From Bacilli bacterium (GTDB lineage Bacteria > Bacillota_I > Bacilli_A > RFN20 > CAG-826), in assembly GCA_017534425.1 (NCBI GenBank), contig JAFXWB010000007.1, positions 17,550-81,549 on the forward strand: a stretch of DNA of 64,000 bases. The letters run 5' to 3'. Under the pieces are notes generated by a model. It was not told the origin of the DNA and did not search any database. It was given only the letters and a program-made list of their open reading frames with translations. Shown here piece after piece: positions 28,131 through 35,627 of the stretch; position 1 is the first letter of the stretch, and each line of letters starts with the position of its first letter. The position numbers were made by a program, and so were the translations under genes.

Positions 28131-28986
28131 TTTATACTTTCAATACCTGAGAGTAGAAAAAGGTGTTTCTAATGAAACAATTCGTAACTATGATTACGAT
28201 TTAAAGATCTTTTTCGAAACCTTAAATAAGAAAACAACTAATGATTTGAAATCGGGAGATATCCAAGAATTCATTAGAATTCAAACTCAAAATATGCTCT
28301 CAATTCCAACAATTTTACGAAGAATTTCATCAACTAAGAATTTTTACCTTTTCTTAGAAAAGGAGCGAATTATTACTTTTCAAATCGATTCATTAGAAAA
28401 ACCAAAAGGCGCTAAAAAACTGCCTGTTTGTATCTCATTTGAAGAAGTAGAAGCTTTGCTTGAACAGCCAGATTTAAATAAACCTGAAGGTCAAAGAGAT
28501 AGAGCAATGCTTGAAGTTATGTATTCTTCGGGACTCAGAATCAGCGAGCTCCTCAACTTAAGAATGAATCAAATAAATTTTGAAAGAGGAATGGTTAAAA
28601 TCATTGGTAAAGGGAACAAAGAAAGAATCGTTCCTGTTGGCGATTATGCCTTGGAATACTTAGATAAGTATATTAATGATGGAAGAAGGAAAAATCATAA
28701 GAGAAATTCGGATTTCTTGTTCTTAAATCGTTATGGAGAGCCTGTTTCGAGAGTTTATTTCTTCTTACAGGTTAAAAAATATGCTGAACAAGCTGGTATT
28801 CAAGTAGAAATATCACCTCATACATTAAGACATTGCTTTGCAACTCATATGTTAGAAAATGGTGCAGAACTTAGAGCGGTGCAAGAAATGCTAGGGCACA
28901 CAAACATAGCGACAACTCAGATTTACACGAACATTTCAAGCAAGCGTATTCTTAGTGCATATGATTTGTATAGCAAACGGAAATAA
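28108..28986 (+). CDS. xerD: Tyrosine recombinase XerD/XerC family
   Basis: N-terminal SAM-like domain. Catalytic RISE...HTLRH.FATH...LGH..I.TTQIYT with the terminal Tyr. Adjacent to deoB, as ripX is in Bacillus. Confidence 0.75.
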   Translation: MTLKEAADLYFQYLRVEKGVSNETIRNYDYDLKIFFETLNKKTTNDLKSGDIQEFIRIQTQNMLSIPTILRRISSTKNFYLFLEKERIITFQIDSLEKPKGAKKLPVCISFEEVEALLEQPDLNKPEGQRDRAMLEVMYSSGLRISELLNLRMNQINFERGMVKIIGKGNKERIVPVGDYALEYLDKYINDGRRKNHKRNSDFLFLNRYGEPVSRVYFFLQVKKYAEQAGIQVEISPHTLRHCFATHMLENGAELRAVQEMLGHTNIATTQIYTNISSKRILSAYDLYSKRK

Positions 28987-29021
28987 AGTAAAATATTTGA
29001 CGGAAAGAAACGGAGAAAACT

Positions 29022-30218
29022 ATGAAGAAGTTTAAAAGAGTATTCGTAATCGTAATTGACTCAGTTGGTATTGGTGAAATGCCAGATGCTGAAAGATTTG
29101 GAGATAAAGGAACAAATACTTTTGTTCATACTGCTGAAAAATGCGGTGGACTTAATGTTCCGTTTATGAATTCTTTAGGACTAGGAGATCTCGCAAACAT
29201 TAAAGGAACAACAAAGGTTGAGCATCCACATGCTTACTGCGCAAGACTCCGTGAAGCATCAAACGGTAAAGACACAATGACCGGTCACTGGGAAATGATG
29301 GGAATTTATACAACAAAACCATTTATCACCTTTACAGATACAGGTTTTCCAAAAGAATTAATGGATGAACTTGAAGCAAAGACAGGTCACAAACTCATCG
29401 GCAATAAAGCTGCTTCTGGAACTGAAATTCTAAAAGAATTAGGTGAAGAACAAAAACGTGATAATTCACTTATTGTATATACTTCAGCAGACTCTGTTCT
29501 TCAAATTGCTGCACATGAAGAAACAACTGGTGTACAAGAATTGTACAGATGTTGTGAAATCGCTCGTGAAATTTGTATGAGACCTGAATATTACGTAGGT
29601 CGTATTATTGCTCGTCCATTCGTTGGCGAAGACAAAAATAGTTTCAAGAGAACTCCAAATAGACACGACATTGCTGTCTCTCCAAGTGGCACAACAACTA
29701 TGGATATTCTAAAAGAGAATGGTTATATGGTTTCCTGTGTTGGTAAGATTGCTGATATCTTCAATATGTGTGGCGTTGTTAAAACACAAAAAACAGTTTC
29801 TAATATGGATGGCATGGATAAAACAATTGATGAATGTAAAAACCATGATTTTGAAGGTTTATGCTACATCAACTTAGTTGAATTCGATTCTGAATATGGT
29901 CATAGACGTAATCCAATTGGATATGGAAAAGCTCTTGAAGATTTTGATGTGCGTCTAGGAGAACTCATGGAAGTTTCTAAAGAAGACGATTTAATTATTG
30001 TAACCGCTGATCACGGTAACGATCCAACACATACAGGAACAGACCATACTAGAGAAAAAGTTCCATTCCTTGCTTACAGCAAATCATTCAAAAATGGTAA
30101 GTATCTTGAAGAAAGAGAATGCTTCGCTGATATCGGCGCGACAATTCTTGAAAACTTCGGTTTAAAAAAGACTTCCAATCAAATCGGAAGTCCAATTAAA
30201 GAACTGCTAAACGATTAA
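29022..30218 (+). CDS. deoB: Phosphopentomutase
   Basis: [17 protein letters not shown] and ADHGNDPT motifs. Confidence 0.93.
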   Translation: MKKFKRVFVIVIDSVGIGEMPDAERFGDKGTNTFVHTAEKCGGLNVPFMNSLGLGDLANIKGTTKVEHPHAYCARLREASNGKDTMTGHWEMMGIYTTKPFITFTDTGFPKELMDELEAKTGHKLIGNKAASGTEILKELGEEQKRDNSLIVYTSADSVLQIAAHEETTGVQELYRCCEIAREICMRPEYYVGRIIARPFVGEDKNSFKRTPNRHDIAVSPSGTTTMDILKENGYMVSCVGKIADIFNMCGVVKTQKTVSNMDGMDKTIDECKNHDFEGLCYINLVEFDSEYGHRRNPIGYGKALEDFDVRLGELMEVSKEDDLIIVTADHGNDPTHTGTDHTREKVPFLAYSKSFKNGKYLEERECFADIGATILENFGLKKTSNQIGSPIKELLND

Positions 30219-30805
30219 TCTAACTTAAATATTTTATGAGGAGAACGTTTGATGACGTTCTCTTTTTCTAACATAGTTAGAACTCGAGATAATGTCTCAC
30301 GTTTTAGATGAAGAATATCCGCTAATTCGGTAACGGTTCTATATTCAATTTCACCTTTGTTCTCATGCAAATAAAATTTGAATCGTTCTTCAGCGGATGA
30401 AAACGAAAGCATTTTAATAGTGGAATTAAGTTTCTTACCAAAGTTAGATTGAATGTTTAAATACATAAGTAAAAATTCTTTATTACTTTGTAATATGTGC
30501 TCTAAATTTTCTTTTTTGATCAAAACAATGGTGGAGTCTTTTAAAGAAACAACATCACCTTTATATGCTGGATTATCAGAAAAAATGAGGTTATTACCGA
30601 ACATTTCATTTTTATTTAGCACATTGAATATAACTTCTGTTCCTGAATAGTTCATAGAACTAATTTTAATCTGCCCAGAAACAACAATTACAACGTGAGT
30701 GCATAATTGTCCTTCCCTAAATAAAAACTCGCCTTTATTAAGCGTTTTTACTTCGAGAAACTTTCGTTCTTCTTTAGTTAAAGTCGATAAAATGTTGTTT
30801 TCCAT
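30215..30805 (-). CDS. Crp/Fnr family transcriptional regulator
   Basis: N-terminal cNMP-binding-like beta-barrel and C-terminal HTH ([20 protein letters not shown]). 196 aa. Confidence 0.8.
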   Translation of the reverse strand: MENNILSTLTKEERKFLEVKTLNKGEFLFREGQLCTHVVIVVSGQIKISSMNYSGTEVIFNVLNKNEMFGNNLIFSDNPAYKGDVVSLKDSTIVLIKKENLEHILQSNKEFLLMYLNIQSNFGKKLNSTIKMLSFSSAEERFKFYLHENKGEIEYRTVTELADILHLKRETLSRVLTMLEKENVIKRSPHKIFKLD

Positions 30806-30812
30806 ATAAATG

Positions 30813-30828
30813 CGTGATTCAAATCACA
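30813..30828. promoter_or_regulatory. CRP/FNR-type palindromic operator cGTGA-N6-TCACa
   Basis: cgtgattcaaatcaca lies in the divergent region between the Crp/Fnr gene and the ABC substrate-binding gene. Confidence 0.55.
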
Positions 30829-30882
30829 TATTAAGTATGCAATATAAAATATTATATTTCCACAAGAAAAGAGGATAGGCTT

Positions 30883-31809
30883 ATGAAAAAAGTGGTTCTA
30901 TTAAGTTTAATACCATTGGTATTGTGTGGATGTTCGAGAAAAAATAAATATAAAGATCTCCGCTTTGTTGTTCCAACAGGTGCTCCTGCAATTGCTATGG
31001 CAGCTTTTGCGGATTTAAATGGTTTTGAAACTGTTACAGATCCATCGACAATTGTTCCAATGATGGCTTCTGAACAAGTGGATGTTGCTGTTTTACCAAC
31101 TAATGTTGGTGTTACAGCGATTAACGCCAAAAAAGTTCCATATAAGATGCTTTGCACAATTACATTTGGTAATTTATACGTTGCATCAACAGGAAAAGAT
31201 GAAGATGGTGAAATGGATGCAGATGATTATATCGTCTCCTTCCAACAAGGTGCTGTTCCAGATAAAATCTTCCATTATGTCTATGGAACAGAATTAGATA
31301 GTGCTTTGCACTATGTAAGTGGTGCAGCTGATGCCGCGAAATGTCTTAAGACAGGCAAAAATTTGGCAGATGAGTCAAAAGATGTTGATTATGTATTCTT
31401 GGCAGAGCCAGCATTAACTAAAGTATTAGAAACAACTCCAACTGCAAGTGTTTATGCCAACTTGCAAGATCTTTATAAGACAAAAAGCGAAGGCTTAATG
31501 CTTACACAAGCATCTGTTTTTGTTCGTAGCGCACTTGAAGAAAACGTTGTTAAGAAAGCTATTTATAAGACAATTGAAGACTCAATTAATCATATGATTA
31601 AAAAGTCTGAAAATATTACAACTTACATGAATAAAGTTGATGAACCCGCAACTATTTTTGGTGTAGAACCTGAGTATGCAGTGAAAACAATGGACGCCGG
31701 AAATAAGATGGGTCTTGGTTGCAAATTGGCATCTGAAATTAAAGACGATATCAATAAATTCCTTACAATCTTTAATGTAAATCCAATCACTGATGAAAAT
31801 ATTGAGTAA
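30883..31809 (+). CDS. ABC transporter substrate-binding lipoprotein (SsuA/NMT1-like suspected)
   Basis: Signal peptide with lipobox LVLCGCS. Periplasmic-binding-protein-like sequence. Coupled to the permease. Confidence 0.6.
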   Translation: MKKVVLLSLIPLVLCGCSRKNKYKDLRFVVPTGAPAIAMAAFADLNGFETVTDPSTIVPMMASEQVDVAVLPTNVGVTAINAKKVPYKMLCTITFGNLYVASTGKDEDGEMDADDYIVSFQQGAVPDKIFHYVYGTELDSALHYVSGAADAAKCLKTGKNLADESKDVDYVFLAEPALTKVLETTPTASVYANLQDLYKTKSEGLMLTQASVFVRSALEENVVKKAIYKTIEDSINHMIKKSENITTYMNKVDEPATIFGVEPEYAVKTMDAGNKMGLGCKLASEIKDDINKFLTIFNVNPITDENIE

Positions 31810-32563
31810 TAAATATTTTATGTTTTTTCTCGGATTCCTATTTTTAATAGGAGTTTGGTTTTTGGTGTCTGCAATTATCGATTTAAACAACATGATTTTT
31901 CCTTCACCATACAACACCTTTAAACTCATGTTCGAGTTATTAGGCAAGAAATCAACGTATAGATATTTAGGATTCTCAATTATTCGTTTAATTATTGGTT
32001 TTTCTGTTTCATTTGCATTAGCATTCCTTTTAGGAATAATTGTTAATAATAGTGAGATTTTGTATAACTTCTTTACTCCAGTAATAACATTTTTAAAAGC
32101 TGCTCCGACTGCAACATTCGTATTTTTGTTTATTGTCTTGTTTGGAGGTAGAAACGCTCCAGCTTTTGTTGTGGTGGTGATGTGTTTCCCAATCCTTTAT
32201 GAATCAGTAGTCTCTGCTTTAAGATCAACAAGTCAATCGATGATAGATGCAGCTCAAATTGATGGTGCAGGTAAGTTTAAAACGCTTATGAGAGTACAAA
32301 TACCTTTAGGTATGCCATTCATATCACTCGGCTTATTATCAACGTTTGGTATGGCATTTAAGGTTGAAATCATGGCTGAAATAATTACCGGAATCACAAA
32401 AGGTGGTATTGGAACGATGATCAAAATTTCCAATTTGCTAGATGGAACAGACTTAACAGCGATGTTCGCTTACAGTTTGATGGCAATAATACTGGTGCTA
32501 ATCGTCTCAATTTGTGCTTCAATTTTTAAAAGTAAGGTCATCAATCCAAGGCTTGCAAAATAG
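31793..32563 (+). CDS. ABC transporter permease (SsuC/TauC/ThiX-like)
   Basis: Six TM helices and an EAA-like loop (IDAAQIDGAGKFKTLMRVQIPL). The start could instead be the ATG at 31820. Confidence 0.75.
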   Translation: MKILSNKYFMFFLGFLFLIGVWFLVSAIIDLNNMIFPSPYNTFKLMFELLGKKSTYRYLGFSIIRLIIGFSVSFALAFLLGIIVNNSEILYNFFTPVITFLKAAPTATFVFLFIVLFGGRNAPAFVVVVMCFPILYESVVSALRSTSQSMIDAAQIDGAGKFKTLMRVQIPLGMPFISLGLLSTFGMAFKVEIMAEIITGITKGGIGTMIKISNLLDGTDLTAMFAYSLMAIILVLIVSICASIFKSKVINPRLAK

Positions 32564-32610
32564 TGTAGAATTAAGGTCAATTAGTAGATATTTAGTAGTT
32601 TTATCAAGTA
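32564..32610 (+). repeat. TAGTAG element copy 2 (core 32582-32604)
   Basis: tgtagaattaaggtcaatTAGTAGATATTTAGTAGTTTTAT lies immediately after the permease stop. Confidence 0.7.
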
Positions 32611-32635
32611 AATTTGAATTAAAAATTAAAGAAAG

Positions 32636-32659
32636 AAGCGCACATTATGCGCTTTTTCT
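32636..32659. terminator. Bidirectional intrinsic terminator between convergent permease and nadD
   Basis: aagcgca-catta-tgcgctt flanked by A-rich and T-rich runs. Confidence 0.75.
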
Positions 32660-32752
32660 AATTTAAATTATTTCGATGTATTCTTTCTTTTTTGTTATTT
32701 GGTTAACATAATAGACATTATGCGAAGTTGTTATATAATTAAAAAGATCAAA

Positions 32753-33850
32753 TTATTTTAAATACATAGCAAAACATTCATCTGTAAGTCTATTTGTGAT
32801 ATCTTTTTTGGCTCCGAGTAAATATTTTCTGTTGTCTTCTAAGGTTGTTAAAAATCCAACTTTCCAATCTTTCATACAAGCGTTAATTAACCAAGTTGAA
32901 TCAAAATCTCTTGTTGGTTCAATCTTGTCACAAGCATAAACAACCATTCCAAGTGGAGACATATTTGCTTTTCCGGTACAGTGAAATTTGATTGCATCTA
33001 GAATTTCTGGATCATTAACTCCAAGTTTAGCTTTTGCTAAATATTCTCCAACAAATTGATGATACGCAAAACTTGGAATGTCTAAATATTCAGGATAATG
33101 CTTTTTCATAATTGCAATCATATTTTCGCTTTCTTTCTTCCAACCTTTGGCAATATCATGGATTAAAGAAGCGAAATAATATTTTTCTAAAGGTTCAAGT
33201 TTATTAACTTGGGCAACCTTTAAGGCAAGATTAGCAACTTCAATTGAATGGTTTAAACGCTTTTCAGGAATTAATTCTGCTATTTTCTTTACAAAGTAAA
33301 GACGATTATCCTCAATGTATTTTAATACATCAAATGGAAGATCAACGGACTTCATTTCTCTAATTGAACTTGATGAAACTGCACCGCTTTCTAAAAACTG
33401 TAAATCCAACATATTAAATTCTTTAATAATGTCTGAATCTAAATTAAATCCAGGCCTATTTACATACACAATACGCGCGATTTTAGAAAGTTCCTTGGCA
33501 TCTTTCCAATCCCTAAACTTTTCAACTTGATCAGCGCCAATTAAAAAATACAAATTATCTTCTTTATGAAGACTATTTAAATACTTAATAGTATCAATTG
33601 AATAATTAATTTCTGCATTGCTATTTAATTCATAGTCGCAAATTTCATATTCAAATTTTGCGTCTTTTAAGGCAATTTTGAGCATATCTAATCTTTGATT
33701 AGATGTTTCTTCTGGAGTTTTCCATCTTGGTGCTTTGGCTGGAACGAAAATAACTGCAGCGTTAAATTTCTCTGCAGCCTTTTCACTAATTCTAAGATGT
33801 CCGTTATGGACAGGATCGAATGTCCCGCCAAAAACAACAAAATTTTTCAT
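32753..33850 (-). CDS. nadD: Fusion protein: nicotinate-nucleotide adenylyltransferase NadD + HD-domain YqeK
   Basis: N-terminal GGTFDP.H.GH motif and a C-terminal HD domain (HSIEV...LIHDIAK). 365 aa as one frame. Confidence 0.85.
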   Translation of the reverse strand: MKNFVVFGGTFDPVHNGHLRISEKAAEKFNAAVIFVPAKAPRWKTPEETSNQRLDMLKIALKDAKFEYEICDYELNSNAEINYSIDTIKYLNSLHKEDNLYFLIGADQVEKFRDWKDAKELSKIARIVYVNRPGFNLDSDIIKEFNMLDLQFLESGAVSSSSIREMKSVDLPFDVLKYIEDNRLYFVKKIAELIPEKRLNHSIEVANLALKVAQVNKLEPLEKYYFASLIHDIAKGWKKESENMIAIMKKHYPEYLDIPSFAYHQFVGEYLAKAKLGVNDPEILDAIKFHCTGKANMSPLGMVVYACDKIEPTRDFDSTWLINACMKDWKVGFLTTLEDNRKYLLGAKKDITNRLTDECFAMYLK

Positions 33851-34995
33851 TATCTCTTAATTTTTGGTCTTGAGGTATAAATTGAAACGCCTTTTGGAAC
33901 GTAAACTCTAAGTTTTTGATTTGTCGCTTTCATATTAACCCAACCAAGACCAGAAAATCCTAAGTCTCTAAATGTTGGAGTTTTATTTGTCATTGCGATC
34001 TCAAACACTTCCATATCTTTTGTTGACTTTATCTTTGATAAAGACGGAACAAGTTCGCCCTTCTTATTAAGTTTAATAAACTTCGATTCAACATCGCTAA
34101 CGTGGCTTCTATTAAGTTGAACGTTCTTATGGAAATAGCATGTTAATTCAAGTTTGTCTCCTTCAAGTAATTCAATAATGGCTAAGCCGCCAATAAAAAC
34201 TGAATGACCTTTTGTGATTGAAATTTCACGTGGTTCAACTTGTTCAGTTAAATAAATGCTTCTTAAGGTTTTAGCGTCAAGTCCAAACAAAATAGAGTTA
34301 GTAATTGAAATACCTGGAGTTTCATACATTGAAGATTTATTGGTCATTGGAATTTGCATAACCTTCAAATGCGTATTCTTATAGTTACAAGTAACTATAT
34401 TACCATTTGATAAGTTGGAATAAATCTTTAAGAATGAGTTAATAACTGCTGTTTTACCAGAAGCTTCTGAACCGATAACGTATACGTTTTTAGCGTTCTT
34501 AAGTTCAAAGATTCTAGTTAAGATTTCTCTAACTGAGTCTTCATCATCATAAGAAATAATGTAGACATCAGAAGCTTGAATTTTTAAGCCTGCAACTCTG
34601 AATCTGTGTGCGACATATTCTTGGATATCTTCTTTAACAGTGCCTTTTGGAAGTAAGTCGAATTTGGTACCGACCACCATTATTTTCATTCCTTGAATAA
34701 GATCGATAACTTCTTTAGAGAAGGAAGTTTCAAATGAGAATAAGTTTACTATGTAAACTAAGAGGCAATCATCTCTCTTTGCTTCCTTTAAAACATCGAT
34801 AAATTCATAATCGATAAAAGGTTCATTTGATAAAGCACGGAATCTTTCAGCTTCAAAGCATTTTTGACAGAATGCAAAGTTTTGAGTTGGGTTTTCTAAA
34901 ACCTCTGGGTTAACATAACCTTCTTTGTTTGGATCCTCGCTTTGAAGTGTTGCACCACAGAAGTAGCATTTTCTTACCTTTGAAATTTGTTCCAT
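33850..34995 (-). CDS. yqeH: Circularly permuted ribosome-biogenesis GTPase YqeH
   Basis: N-terminal zinc-finger cysteines (CYFCG..C.KC), then G4-G1-G3 order (GTKFDL, GSEASGKT). The start was moved to the ATG at 34995, which follows a GGAGG SD and overlaps the yqeG stop. Confidence 0.8.
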   Translation of the reverse strand: MEQISKVRKCYFCGATLQSEDPNKEGYVNPEVLENPTQNFAFCQKCFEAERFRALSNEPFIDYEFIDVLKEAKRDDCLLVYIVNLFSFETSFSKEVIDLIQGMKIMVVGTKFDLLPKGTVKEDIQEYVAHRFRVAGLKIQASDVYIISYDDEDSVREILTRIFELKNAKNVYVIGSEASGKTAVINSFLKIYSNLSNGNIVTCNYKNTHLKVMQIPMTNKSSMYETPGISITNSILFGLDAKTLRSIYLTEQVEPREISITKGHSVFIGGLAIIELLEGDKLELTCYFHKNVQLNRSHVSDVESKFIKLNKKGELVPSLSKIKSTKDMEVFEIAMTNKTPTFRDLGFSGLGWVNMKATNQKLRVYVPKGVSIYTSRPKIKR

Positions 34996-35516
34996 TAGAT
35001 TTGCCTCCAATCTTTGAGTAAATTCTTTCTTTTTAGTTTTCTTCTTAACGGATTATCAAATAATCTATTAAATCTTGTTGTTGGTTGGTCCTCGGGGACT
35101 AACTTTTCCGTTAAGACAGATTTAATTTTTGCTCCATTAGCACAGCTAATGTCTGTAACTATTTGGTCTCCAATCATTATAACTTCGTCTTTATTAATTC
35201 CTAATCGCTTCATAATCTTTGTGATTCTAAATGCGAATGGTTTAGCAAGACTCGACCAATGCTGAACACCTAGTTCAGAAGAATATTTAGTAACACGCTT
35301 TCCTGTATTATTTGAAACAATAATAAGTTCAATTCCGTTTTTCTCTAAAATTTCTTTTAGCTGTTTAGCTCTAGCTAATGGAGTTGCTTGTTTGTAAGAA
35401 TCAAGAGTGTTATCCAGGTCTACAAACACGTATTTTATTCCGAGCTTTTTATAGAAACTCAAATCGATTTCAAAAATCGATTGGGCGTGAGCGAATGGAA
35501 TAAATCGTTTAAGCAT
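34995..35516 (-). CDS. yqeG: HAD-superfamily phosphatase YqeG
   Basis: VFVDLDNTL, VSNN and GDQI.TD motifs. 173 aa. Confidence 0.82.
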   Translation of the reverse strand: MLKRFIPFAHAQSIFEIDLSFYKKLGIKYVFVDLDNTLDSYKQATPLARAKQLKEILEKNGIELIIVSNNTGKRVTKYSSELGVQHWSSLAKPFAFRITKIMKRLGINKDEVIMIGDQIVTDISCANGAKIKSVLTEKLVPEDQPTTRFNRLFDNPLRRKLKRKNLLKDWRQI

Positions 35517-35583
35517 ATATGGTAATTATAAATGAAAATTAGAAAAACAAAAAGTTTTCTAACAAGAATTATAAAACGCGCAT

Positions 35584-35610
35584 ATAAAAAGCACCGTTTT
35601 ATGGGTGCTA
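35584..35610 (-). terminator. Intrinsic terminator after parC
   Basis: On the minus strand, agcacc-cataaaac-ggtgct followed by TTTTT. Confidence 0.7.
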
Positions 35611-35627
35611 ATTATGTGAATTTATTC

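Noticed and set aside
28108-28986. Tyrosine recombinase as a sign of a prophage or integrative element.
   Set aside because: It is flanked by housekeeping dinB and deoB. There are no phage or transposon genes, att-like repeats or tRNA nearby. The sequence and context fit chromosomal XerD.
31582-31947. 121-aa minus-strand ORF spanning the binding-protein/permease junction.
   Set aside because: It is antisense to two coupled ABC genes, with low-complexity composition and no start context.
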